This document shows positions 1 to 9,630 of a stretch of 64,000 bases of DNA, one piece after another. This DNA comes from Dehalococcoidia bacterium (GTDB lineage Bacteria; Chloroflexota; Dehalococcoidia; Lucifugimonadales; UBA3495). Below the pieces are notes generated by a model. The model had not been told where the DNA came from. It saw nothing but the letters and a program-made list of their open reading frames with translations, and ran no database searches. The position numbers were made by a program, and so were the translations under genes. Positions within the stretch are counted from its first letter, which is position 1; every line of letters starts with the position of its first letter. The stretch covers positions 1 to 64,000 of the forward strand of contig JASLXV010000008.1 in NCBI GenBank assembly GCA_030740155.1. The letters run 5' to 3'.

Positions 1-41
1 GCTTCTGCTGCATTGGCCTTGATGTTTTCTGACTGGGACAC
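1..41 (-). CDS. 5' end of an unidentified gene running off the window
   Basis: Minus strand AAAGGAG SD then GTG at 41, open to the edge (MSQSENIKANAAE); too short to identify. Confidence 0.5.
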   Translation of the reverse strand, partial: MSQSENIKANAAE

Positions 42-365
42 ATTTGCTCCTTTCTGGAAGTAATGTACCTTCATTCCAGGAGCTCACGCCACTTCCACTT
101 TCTCGGGTTTTCTTACACCCCAATGTGTCCCATTATCGCTGACGGTCCACAGTGCGTGGGGAAGAAATGGCGCACTGTCTCGCCGCCGTGAAGCTATTTA
201 CGAGATAATCCACCGGCAATCTTTGCCGGCCGCCGGTTCTGGGAGGCCGACCCTGGATCTGGGGGAGGCCCATTTCCCTTGCTGGACCGGAGCCTCTCGC
301 GTAACGAGCCGGCGGTGGGGCGACGCCGCCGCGACCGCGGACAGGCGGTGCGTCGCTACGTGCGC

Positions 366-394
366 TTGTATAGGCTGGAAATAGGGTTTATGAT
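366..394 (+). promoter_or_regulatory. sigma70-type promoter for the ABC exporter genes
   Basis: TTGTAT-17 bp-TATGAT ending 9 nt before ATG 404. Confidence 0.45.
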
Positions 395-403
395 GACTCA
401 AAC

Positions 404-2206
404 ATGCAAATCCTGATACGAATTACCGGGATGGCGTTCCAATACCGCGCCCGCCTGGCTCTAGCTTATCTAAGCTTTTTTGCCGCCGTAGGTTTTTCCC
501 TGCTCCTGCCTCACCTTTTCGGCGAGGCCATCGACAAGCTGGTCAAGTTCGGTGACGATGGCATTGTCGGTGGGGATGTGGAACGGGGCACCCTGGTCGT
601 GATGGCCCTCGGCATACTGGGCGCGAGCATTGCGCGGGGTGTTTTCGACTTCGCCCGCACCTACAGCACTGACTCCCTGTCGCAGAAGGTATCCTACGAT
701 ATTCGCAATCGCATCTACGACAAACTTCAGCACCTCAGCTTCGGCTACCACGATAAAGAGCACACTGGCAACCTCATGTCCAAGGTCACCGCCGACGTCG
801 AAGCGGTCCGGCGTTTCGTCAACATGGGCCTGGTCCGCTCCCTGGAAGTCGTGGTTCGAATAGTAATCGTCACAATCATTTTGGCTTACCTGAACTGGCA
901 GCTAGCCCTGCTCAGCCTGGCCTTCGTCCCCTTCCTGGTGCTCCGGTCTACCCTGGTGGTCACCCGGCTGCGGGCCATGTGGCTTCACGTGCAAGAGGTC
1001 ATGGGGCAGACCGTGACGGTCCTACAGGAAAACCTGGTGGGCATCCACGTGGTAAAGGCCTTCGCCTCCGAAGAGCACGAGAAGAAGAAATACGCTAAGA
1101 AGGCCTCTGAGCTACGGGGGGAATACTACAGTTCCGAGCGGCTGCAGGGGACCAACAGCGCTTGGATGACCCTGTACTTTACCCTGGCTCTGGGTATGAT
1201 CTTGTGGTTTGGCGGTTGGCAAGTTATCAAGGGAGACCTGACGCCTGGGGGGCTGACCAAGTTCATCCTTTACCTGAGCCAACTCACTTTTCCCATCCGC
1301 ATGAGCGCGTTTATCATCAACAGCTTCTCTCGGGCCATATCCTCCGGCGGGCGGCTCTTCGAGGTGCTGGATGCCAGCTCGCCGGTGGTTGAGAGGCCCG
1401 GCGCCGAGGACATGGGCCGGGCGCAGGGACGCGTGGACTTCGACGGCGTCTCCTTTTCTTACGACTCCCGGCTCCCCGCCTTGAAAGACGTGAACCTGGC
1501 CGCCTCCCCCGGCCAGGTGATCGCCATCCTGGGGGCTCCGGGCTGCGGGAAGAGCACCATAGTCAGCCTGCTGCCCCGGTTCTACGACGCAACCTACGGG
1601 CGTATCACCATCGACGGCCGGGATATCCGTGATTTCACCCTCGCTTCCCTTCGGAGCAACGTGGGGATCGTGCAGCAGGACATCTTCCTGTTCAGCGCCA
1701 CCATCAAAGAGAATATTGCTTACGGCGCCGTCGACGCTCCCCACGAGGAGATAGTCAACGCCGCAAAGATCGCCCAGCTTCACGACCATATAATCAACCT
1801 TCCCGACGGCTACGATTCGTTTGTCGGAGAACGGGGGACGACCCTTTCCGGCGGGCAAAGGCAGCGGCTGGCCATAGCCCGAACCATTCTTGTCGACCCA
1901 CCCATCTTGGTGCTTGACGACTCCACATCCAGCGTGGACGTGGAGACCGAGCGGCTGATTCACCAGGCCATGGTCGGGGTGATGAAGGGCCGCACCACCT
2001 TTGTCATCGCCCACCGGCTGAGCACCGTGCGGGAAGCCGACCTCATCGTGGTTCTGAGGGATGGAGAGGTAGCGGAGCGGGGGACCCACCAGGAGTTGAT
2101 GGCGCGGCGGGGTATCTACCGGGAGATATTCGACCTTCAACTTCGCCCCCAGGAAGAAATTATGCTGGATGCGGCCATCACCGCGGACGACGGGGGAGAC
2201 AGCTAG
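404..2206 (+). CDS. ABC exporter TMD-NBD subunit A (heterodimeric multidrug-type)
   Basis: N-terminal TM helices; Walker A GAPGCGKST, LSGGQRQR, degenerate Walker B LVLDD. Confidence 0.93.
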   Translation: MQILIRITGMAFQYRARLALAYLSFFAAVGFSLLLPHLFGEAIDKLVKFGDDGIVGGDVERGTLVVMALGILGASIARGVFDFARTYSTDSLSQKVSYDIRNRIYDKLQHLSFGYHDKEHTGNLMSKVTADVEAVRRFVNMGLVRSLEVVVRIVIVTIILAYLNWQLALLSLAFVPFLVLRSTLVVTRLRAMWLHVQEVMGQTVTVLQENLVGIHVVKAFASEEHEKKKYAKKASELRGEYYSSERLQGTNSAWMTLYFTLALGMILWFGGWQVIKGDLTPGGLTKFILYLSQLTFPIRMSAFIINSFSRAISSGGRLFEVLDASSPVVERPGAEDMGRAQGRVDFDGVSFSYDSRLPALKDVNLAASPGQVIAILGAPGCGKSTIVSLLPRFYDATYGRITIDGRDIRDFTLASLRSNVGIVQQDIFLFSATIKENIAYGAVDAPHEEIVNAAKIAQLHDHIINLPDGYDSFVGERGTTLSGGQRQRLAIARTILVDPPILVLDDSTSSVDVETERLIHQAMVGVMKGRTTFVIAHRLSTVREADLIVVLRDGEVAERGTHQELMARRGIYREIFDLQLRPQEEIMLDAAITADDGGDS

Positions 2207-4108
2207 ATGCGAGATAGCGGGCCCGGCAGCATGTCCGGCGGCATGTTGGGAGGGGTGCGCGGTATGCACGCCGCCGGGCCGCAAGCCCCAACTGAGGACA
2301 ATCTCAGCGACGAGAGCCTGGTGGGGAAGGCCTATGACCATAGGGTGGTAGTCCGGCTGGCCACCTACGTGGGGCCGTATAAGAAAAACGCCCTGATCAG
2401 CGTCGCCGCCGTCCTCTTCTACACCTTGGGTAACGTGAGCATTCCCCTGTTGATGATGTTGGGCATCAACTGGGCCATCAACGAAGGGGAGTTGTGGCGG
2501 CTGCACGTGGTTGGCGCCGGCTTCATCGCCGTCACGCTGATCCACTTCGCTGCCAACTACGTCCAATTCGTCTTCATCCCCAAGGTGGGACAGGGGATCC
2601 TATACTCGCTGCGCACCGCCATGTTCGATCATCTCCAGTCCCTCTCCCCATCCTTTTTTCACCGGACTCCGGTGGGGCGGATCATGTCCCGGAGCCAGAG
2701 CGACGTTCTCCAGCTACAGGAGACCTTCGAGCTGATCGTTCAGAGCCTGTCGGATCTACTCAGTCTGCTGGGCATCGTGGTGATCATGCTGGTCATCGAT
2801 TGGCGCCTGGCCTTGGTGAGCCTCAGTATCGTTCCGGTGCTCTTCTTCGTCCTGGCGTACTGGCAGCGGTTCGCCCGGCACTCCTTCATGCGCATCCGAA
2901 GGGCCGTGGCCATGGTGAACGGCGAGTACAACCAGAACATCACCGGCGTCCGAGTGGTGGAGAGCCTGAACCGGCAGGAACTGAATCTGAGGAACTTCGA
3001 GGCGCTGAACCGGGAGCATCTGGACGCGAACCTCCAGGCGAGCCGGTTTTCCGGGGCCCTCCTGCCGCTGGTGGAGCTGCTGATCGGCGTTGCCATGGGC
3101 TTTGGTGTGGTCGCGGTGGGTGGAATCATGGCGCTGGACGGCCAGGTGGAATGGGGAGTCCTGGTGGCCTTCGCCCTTTGGATTCAACGTTTCTTCGAGC
3201 CGATTCGCCACCTTACCATGCAGTACAGCCAGCTGCAACGGGCGATGGCCGCCGGAGTGCGGATATTCGAGGTGCTGGATCTCAAGGCCGACGTCATCGA
3301 TGCGCCGGGAGCCATCGAAATACCGCTGGTCCGGGGGCATTTGAAATTTGAAGGGGTGGGCTTCCACTACATAGCCGGCATCGATGTTCTGAATGACGTG
3401 GACCTGGAGATCAATCCTGGCGAAAACGTGGCTCTCGTCGGCTCTACCGGAGCTGGAAAGACCACGATGGTGACGCTGATACACCGCTTCGCCGACGTAA
3501 CGCAGGGCCGTATTACCGTGGATGGCCACGATATTCGCGAGGTAACCCGCCGGTCCCTGGTGGGGCAGATGAGCATGGTGCTTCAAGAGCCCTACCTGTT
3601 CTCCGGGACCGTGAAGGAGAATATCCGGTACAACCACGAGGATATCGGCGACGATGAGGTGGTGGCCGCCGCCAAGGCAGTGGGGGCTCACACGTTCATC
3701 ATGGCGCTGGAGGACGGCTACGAGAGCGTCTTGGCGGAACGAGGGGTGAACTTGAGCGTGGGACAGCGCCAGCTGGTTAGCTTCGCCCGGGCGATCGTGG
3801 GAGACCCCCGCGTGATAATCCTCGACGAGGCCACCGCCAACATCGACACCCAGACCGAGCTAATCATCCAGGATGCGCTCAAGACTATCCTGCGAGGCCG
3901 CACCTCGATAGTCATTGCCCATCGCCTTTCGACGATCCGCAACGCCGACAAGATAGTGGTGCTGGACCACGGGCGGGTGGTCGAGGTGGGCCGCCACCAG
4001 CAGCTACTCGAGCGCGGCGGCGTCTACGCCCGCCTGTACGCGGTGAACTACGGTCTGACTCACGGCGCTTCCACCGAGCCCGCTCCGGCCCCCGCGGAGG
4101 ACGGCTAG
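2207..4108 (+). CDS. ABC exporter TMD-NBD subunit B
   Basis: Abuts subunit A; GSTGAGKT, degenerate signature LSVGQ, IILDEAT; asymmetric heterodimer pattern. Confidence 0.93.
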   Translation: MRDSGPGSMSGGMLGGVRGMHAAGPQAPTEDNLSDESLVGKAYDHRVVVRLATYVGPYKKNALISVAAVLFYTLGNVSIPLLMMLGINWAINEGELWRLHVVGAGFIAVTLIHFAANYVQFVFIPKVGQGILYSLRTAMFDHLQSLSPSFFHRTPVGRIMSRSQSDVLQLQETFELIVQSLSDLLSLLGIVVIMLVIDWRLALVSLSIVPVLFFVLAYWQRFARHSFMRIRRAVAMVNGEYNQNITGVRVVESLNRQELNLRNFEALNREHLDANLQASRFSGALLPLVELLIGVAMGFGVVAVGGIMALDGQVEWGVLVAFALWIQRFFEPIRHLTMQYSQLQRAMAAGVRIFEVLDLKADVIDAPGAIEIPLVRGHLKFEGVGFHYIAGIDVLNDVDLEINPGENVALVGSTGAGKTTMVTLIHRFADVTQGRITVDGHDIREVTRRSLVGQMSMVLQEPYLFSGTVKENIRYNHEDIGDDEVVAAAKAVGAHTFIMALEDGYESVLAERGVNLSVGQRQLVSFARAIVGDPRVIILDEATANIDTQTELIIQDALKTILRGRTSIVIAHRLSTIRNADKIVVLDHGRVVEVGRHQQLLERGGVYARLYAVNYGLTHGASTEPAPAPAEDG

Positions 4109-4202
4109 CAGCGGTCTGGCGTGGAACCAGTGGAGGCGGGTCCGAGGCAAGCGTCGAAATGAACCGCGGCCGCCGTTTGGTGGGGTTCGACGGTTTCCGG
4201 CC

Positions 4203-4850
4203 CTATCCTGTTTCCAGGACTTTCTCCATCGCCGATTTGAAAATGCTGTAGGGGTGGGCCCCGGTAAACAGCAAGTTGCCGACGAGGAACGTGGGGATTC
4301 CACTGACGCCGAGCTTCAAAGCCTGCTGGTACTGGCTTATCACCGTCGACGACATGGACCGGTCCTCCAGCTTGACCATCATATCCGTATAGTCTAGATC
4401 CACGTTCCGCGCGATTGACTCGATCACCGCAAGGTCGCCCAGGTCCTTGCCGTCCTCCCAGAGAGCCTTGTAAGCTGCCTTGTGGAACTCCATGAATTTA
4501 CCCTGCTGCTGGGCGTACTCGGTCGCTTCTAGGGCGTACATGGTGTTGGGGGATTTCGGCGGAGGGCGCATTATCAATCCCGCATCCCTGACGCCGCTTC
4601 GCAACGGCTCGGCAAGCTCGTCGTCCGTCTCACCCGGCCTGCGTGGCCGCGGCTTCCCCTCTTTGGGTGTCTCTGGGTGGAGCAGGTAGGCTAGACCATA
4701 GACGGAGATGTCGTATTCCTCTGCCAGCCTGTCGACCCTCTCCAGGCCGACGTAGCACCAGGGTCAAACGTAGTCGTACCAAAAGGCAACCTGTATCTGG
4801 CCTGGGGGGGTTCCGGTCGGTTGGGCCGGCAAAGCTATATCTTGACTCAT
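4203..4850 (-). CDS. DsbA/FrnE-like thioredoxin-fold oxidoreductase, probable selenoprotein (UxxC)
   Basis: ATG 4850 with AGAGGA SD; reads FWYDYV-TGA(4766-4764)-PWCYVG in frame into ORF 4203..4604, which carries GVSGIPTF...FTGA. Confidence 0.88.
4731..4751 (-). promoter_or_regulatory. putative bacterial SECIS hairpin
   Basis: GUCGGCCU-GGAG-AGGGUCGAC beginning 12 nt after the in-frame UGA; loop starts with G. Confidence 0.65.
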
Positions 4851-5016
4851 GGTCCTCTCTTCCTGGAGTGAGAGCGGTCTCGCTCAGGTTGCAACGGAGT
4901 CTAGCAGCGTCCTCTGGCCCGCGTCAACCACGCGTGCGAGGAGAACCAGGGGGGGTGGCGTCCGGAAAGCGGTCGTTGGTTCCCGTTCGTCCTGGGCGCC
5001 GTTACGCCCCGGCAGC

Positions 5017-5042
5017 GTCATTCCGGCGAAGGCCGGAATCCA
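5017..5042 (+). repeat. REP-like palindromic repeat
   Basis: GTCATTCCGGCGAAGGCCGGAATCCA, with hairpin ATTCCGGC-GAAG-GCCGGAAT, intergenic. Confidence 0.6.
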
Positions 5043-5087
5043 GGCGCGTTATTCGTGACCAGAGCGGATGCCGTGGATGCCCAGTGC

Positions 5088-6690
5088 TTATGCCGCCAGC
5101 GCCTGCTCCATGGCCTGGGCCAGTTGCTCGATCCGGAACGGGTTGGAGAGCGCGGTGGACACGGCCTGGGGCTCCAACTCCTGGAGTCCCGGGGCCAGTG
5201 GGTCGCCGGTGTAGACGACAACCCTGACCCGGCTGTCAATTTCCCGCAGCAGGCGAAGGGTTTCCAGGCCGCTCAATCCCGGCATGGTCACATCGAGGAG
5301 AACGGCGCCGATGTTGGCTGCCGACTGCTTGTAGATGGTCAAGGCCTCCTCCCCGCCGGACGCGGCAATAGATTCGTATCCCAAGTGCGCCAGCATGCGC
5401 TGGGTCGCCATCCGCACCATGCTATCGTCGTCGACAACCAGCAGCCTGGGAGAGGCCTCACGGGGAAGTTGGTCGTCCTTGGGTGGCAGCTGGCAATGTG
5501 GTGTCCTCCAAAGCGGAGAAGTATAGGTCGACGCAGGTGCCGGAGCCAGGTTTGGAACAAACCTCGATGAATCCGCCACATTCCCGCACGGTTTCATATA
5601 CCGCTGTTGCGCCATTCCCACGGCACTTCCCCGACTTGGTGGTGAAGAAGGGGGCGAACATGGCCGCCCGGATTTCGGCGTCCATGCCTTCACCGGTATC
5701 GGTCACCCGGAGCCGCACGAAGCGAGACGGTTCGATGCCGTCTGACTGCCCTTGAACCTGGCGCCGAATCCAATGGGTGCTGGACTGGCAGATAATCCTG
5801 CCGCCCTGGGGCATGGCCTCTATTGCGTTGTTCCAGATGTTCCAACAGGCCTGGCGCAGGCGCTTTTCGCCCCCAGCCACGTTGGGTAACGGGTCGCCAA
5901 ACTCGACCTCAACCTCGATGTTGTTTGGTATAAGGTCGCCATACGAGTCCAGCATTTGCTCGATGACGAGGTTCAGGTTCGACGGGCACTCTTCAAAGTG
6001 CGGGGTGTCGGCAAAGCCTGCCATGCGGTCGGACAGTTCGCCGATTTCGGACGCCGCGCGTGCGATCATGGCCACCATTTGCTTGCTGTCGTCGTCCAAC
6101 TGCGGCCGGCCTTGGAAAACTTCGGAGTACCCCTTCACCACGGCGACAAGGTTGTTGAAATCGTGACTCACGCGCCGAACCATCCGTTTGGCCGTCTCGA
6201 TGCTGTGATTCAGGAGGATTTCCTGCCCGGTGTCCACGGGCGTAGGAGAGCCTTTTGACGTCTCGTCCCCTGGCTGTTTGGAAATATCGACGCCGCCGTT
6301 ACGGGCGCCACTCTCGGGACGGGGGTTCTGACCGGTGTTGGCGGGGAATCTGACTTCGCTATCACCGTGAGGGATTTCGGGGCGGAGGGCGACGCCAACG
6401 GAAAGGGGCCCCGCCGGCTCGGTGTTCACCGAGGCCAGAGAGCTGGGTTTCAGGTTCAGGCGTCCGTTCTCCGGAACGCCATCCGCCAGGCCTAAGAAAC
6501 GGCGGGCGGCGGGGTTGATCCAGACGCAATCGCCGTTTGCGTCGAAAGCGATGACGCTCTCTCGAGAACCCTGGGCGACGAGTTTCACCCCCCGGCCGGC
6601 CAATTGTCCGCCGGAATCTCGAGGCCGCGCATCGGTATTCAAGGTCTTGGATCTTTTCCCGGCCTCAAGGCCGAGTGAATCGTCCGACAT
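5088..6690 (-). pseudogene. frameshifted, degenerate PAS-HisKA-HATPase-receiver hybrid histidine kinase
   Basis: H-box SHDFNNL, N-box WNNAIEAM and DTGEGM in ORF ending 5458; receiver (LLVVDDD...LLDVTMP) in another frame without its own start; G2 box and receiver Lys degenerate. Confidence 0.7.
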
Positions 6691-7060
6691 GGCAACACCA
6701 CATGCTGCTGGCTGCCTGGTGCGCTGACGTTCGCTTTGACAGGCGAGCCGGCGGTTTTTGCTTAGTCCCCTTCTGGACCCGCAAACCGGGTGGGCGCCGG
6801 CCAAAGGATCCCAAACGGGGCTGATCCCTATTATTGGGCACGCCAGCGATTGGAAATAGAGTGGTAACCCACTAGACGGTAACCGATGGCAACACTGTGG
6901 ACTATAGAACGGGCGCCGGGGAGGGTCACGAGGCGAACGCCAATCAGGAACTTTCGGGCGGGAACCTTAACGAAAGAACCAAGCGCACGCCTAACCGGCG
7001 GCGGAATGGAGCTGTGGTGCGGCAGTGGTTTGGCGGCCCGAGGCCGCCGGCCCAGTGTTA

Positions 7061-7798
7061 TCAGGGCCTGCGGTCATCACCGCTGGTCACATAGGGGGCT
7101 TCAGCCAGGAGCCCCAGCAGCTCCGACAAGCTCGCTATTCTGGGGCAATCGCTGATGTCGGTGTTCCAGCCTCCCCGGTCGATCAGCACCGGGTGAATAC
7201 CGACGGCGCGGGCTCCCAGTACGTCCGACCGGTACTGGTCGCCCACGTGCATCGTCTCTTCGGGGGAGGTTTCCGCGTGTTTCAAGGCCGCCATGAAAAT
7301 TGGGGCGTCCGGTTTTTCGGCGCCGGCGCCGGAGGAGTTGAAGCAGAAGTCCAGGAAGGGAGCGAAACCCAATCGCTGGCAAAGCTGATTCATATCCCGC
7401 CGCAGGTTGGTGAGCACTCCCAAGCGGTAGCCCGCGGAGCGCAGTGCCGTCAATGCCGGTATGACGTCTTCGAAGGGGATGAAGTCCTTTGGGACGGACA
7501 TGGCCATTTCCCAGACCTGCTGAGCCAGGTCTATCGACACCGGTACGCCGGCGTTCTTCAGGATGATCTGCTCGTATTGAGCAAAAAAGCTGCTGCGGTC
7601 GCCGTCGTTGCGCAAGGCCAAGGGGTGGTTGGCGTTTTCCTGGTTGAAGTAGACATCGGCCACCGCGTAACCCTTGTTAATGGCGGTCTTGGACACATCC
7701 AAGCCCAACTCCCGGCAGGCGGCCTGCTGAATTTCGTCCAGCGGAGGCCAGAACTGCGCCAGGGTATTATAGAAGTCAAAAGATATGGTCTTGATCAT
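7061..7798 (-). CDS. HAD-superfamily hydrolase (subfamily IA)
   Basis: FDFYNTL motif I, LTN, EKPD, HVGDQYRSDVLGA. Confidence 0.88.
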   Translation of the reverse strand: MIKTISFDFYNTLAQFWPPLDEIQQAACRELGLDVSKTAINKGYAVADVYFNQENANHPLALRNDGDRSSFFAQYEQIILKNAGVPVSIDLAQQVWEMAMSVPKDFIPFEDVIPALTALRSAGYRLGVLTNLRRDMNQLCQRLGFAPFLDFCFNSSGAGAEKPDAPIFMAALKHAETSPEETMHVGDQYRSDVLGARAVGIHPVLIDRGGWNTDISDCPRIASLSELLGLLAEAPYVTSGDDRRP

Positions 7799-8087
7799 CT
7801 GAAATTGCCGGTTGCCGGCTCAACCAAGCTGTCCCTCCCGAAAGGATATGGCCTGCCAGTAACGAGGCACACGACCTCGTCCGGCAAGCCGGGTGCCGAA
7901 ATTCTAGCATACCTGGACCGGGTTGTGAACCGTGGGCTGGGTCGCTTGCTTCCCTGGACCCTACAAAGTATGCTGAGAGGTGCCGGCCGGTCAGGGTGAG
8001 CAGAATTGCGAACGCCGGGGCCGGTTGCGGGAGGCTGGGCCGCCTGGTGCAGTGGTTTTCCAATGGGCCGGCCGGGGATCGAAATAT

Positions 8088-8564
8088 ATGCGAATAGCCG
8101 TTGCTGCGGACCATGCCGGGTTTGAGATGAAAGAACTGCTCATTCCCTGGCTAGAGGACTCCGGCCATCAAATCACCGACCTGGGCGCTTACCAGTTCGA
8201 GCCCAACGACGACTACCCGGATTTCGCCGCCGCCGTGGCCCGCGCTGTCCGGGGCGAGAACGCGGACCGGGGGATCATCGTTTGTGGAAGCGGCGTCGGG
8301 GCCTGTATCACCGCCAACAAGGTGCCCGGCGTACGGGCCTGTCTTTGCCACGACAGTTTCAGCTCTCGCCAGGGCGTCGAGCATGACGATATGAATGTCG
8401 TCTGCCTGGGCGGCCGTATCATCGGAGTGGAACTCGCCAAGGAAGTCCTCAGGGCTTTTCTATCGGCCAACTTCATCGCCGAGCCCAGGTTTCAGCGCCG
8501 CTTGGACAAGCTGCTTCAGGTGGAGAACCTGGGGGTTGGTTCGCTGGAGTCGAGAGGTTCCTAG
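8088..8564 (+). CDS. rpiB: ribose-5-phosphate isomerase B
   Basis: MRIAVAADHAG, DYPD, CGSGVG, ANKVPGVR, HDDMNV; start moved to ATG 8088. Confidence 0.92.
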   Translation: MRIAVAADHAGFEMKELLIPWLEDSGHQITDLGAYQFEPNDDYPDFAAAVARAVRGENADRGIIVCGSGVGACITANKVPGVRACLCHDSFSSRQGVEHDDMNVVCLGGRIIGVELAKEVLRAFLSANFIAEPRFQRRLDKLLQVENLGVGSLESRGS

Positions 8565-8798
8565 CGGAAACGCCGGGACATCCGCTTCTCGCTAAGCGAC
8601 GGTGACCCTTTCTCTGGCTCGCCCAGTAAAGTTTCTTCTCGGGGAACGAAAGGTCCCGTCGTATCCTCTCTGTTCAACATCCTGATGCTGACCGGGTTCA
8701 GCCGGCGGCTGAAATAAGCCCTACCAGCCGGGGTACACCGCGGCTGGCCGGCCGGTTGCTCAGCCGGGTGGTTGTTCAAGAGAAACAGAGGGGATACC

Positions 8799-9581
8799 CT
8801 ACAGCTGCTCCACCAACCAGAGGGTATCGGCCACCTCTTGAGGGGAATCTACCCGGTACAGGGCACAGGTCGGGGTCCGAGCCGGGCCGACGAACACCGC
8901 TATCCCATTTGCGTCTTGGACCACGGCGAATCCGTCCTCGTCGGTGAGGTCGTCGCCGAAAAAGACCGGCAGGGAAGCCTGAGGGTAGGCTGCCTGGAGC
9001 TTGGAGATGGCCTTTCCCTTGTGCCAAGCCACGGCGGGGCGCACCTCCACAACCTTCTTGCCGTGGGTGACGTTCACCCGGCCCGAGGCCACCGGAGCCC
9101 CGGCTGCGGCGGCCACTGCTGTCTCAACCTCGGCGGCGGCCGCTTCGGGGGCCAGGCGGTAGTGAACGCTCAGTGTTAGCCCTTTGTGCTCCACCAACAC
9201 CCCTGGCAAATGGGCCAAGCTGCAGTGAAGGCGCGAGTAGACCTCGGTGAGGGTCCCCTCCAGCCGGGCGGCTTCGGGGTGGACAAAATCCAAGCCGGGC
9301 CCGCTGATCTCCAGACCGTGGTTGCCGGCGTAGATTAACCCGTCGATGTCCACCATGGCGGCGACGTCTTTCAAGCTTCGCCCGCTGATGACGCCGACGA
9401 CGAATTTATCCCGGCGGCTCAGATTGAAGAGCAGTTCCCGGGTCGCTGCAGGTAGAAGGGCCAGGCTTGGGTGGTCGACGATGGGCGTTAAAGTCCCATC
9501 GTAATCGAACAGCAGCAGCACCCCTTGGGCATCCCGCAGACGCCGGCTGGCGCTTGGCCATACGTTTAGAAGGTGGGGCAT
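8799..9581 (-). CDS. otsB: trehalose-6-phosphate phosphatase
   Basis: FDYDGTL, SGR, GNHG, GDDLTDEDGF; directly downstream of otsA. Confidence 0.93.
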   Translation of the reverse strand: MPHLLNVWPSASRRLRDAQGVLLLFDYDGTLTPIVDHPSLALLPAATRELLFNLSRRDKFVVGVISGRSLKDVAAMVDIDGLIYAGNHGLEISGPGLDFVHPEAARLEGTLTEVYSRLHCSLAHLPGVLVEHKGLTLSVHYRLAPEAAAAEVETAVAAAAGAPVASGRVNVTHGKKVVEVRPAVAWHKGKAISKLQAAYPQASLPVFFGDDLTDEDGFAVVQDANGIAVFVGPARTPTCALYRVDSPQEVADTLWLVEQL

Positions 9582-9630
9582 CAGCGCAGTCCCGGGGGCC
9601 GTTTCCGCCGCCGGATGATCGGCCGGGGGA

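Noticed and set aside
1112..2566. Long antisense ORFs (e.g. 1112-2566, 30023-31066, 34679-35704, 51024-52016)
   Set aside because: Shadow frames of well-supported genes, expected in high-GC DNA; no motifs
5458..5460. Sec readthrough of the kinase TGA
   Set aside because: The receiver domain is in a different frame and there is no Cys-equivalent context
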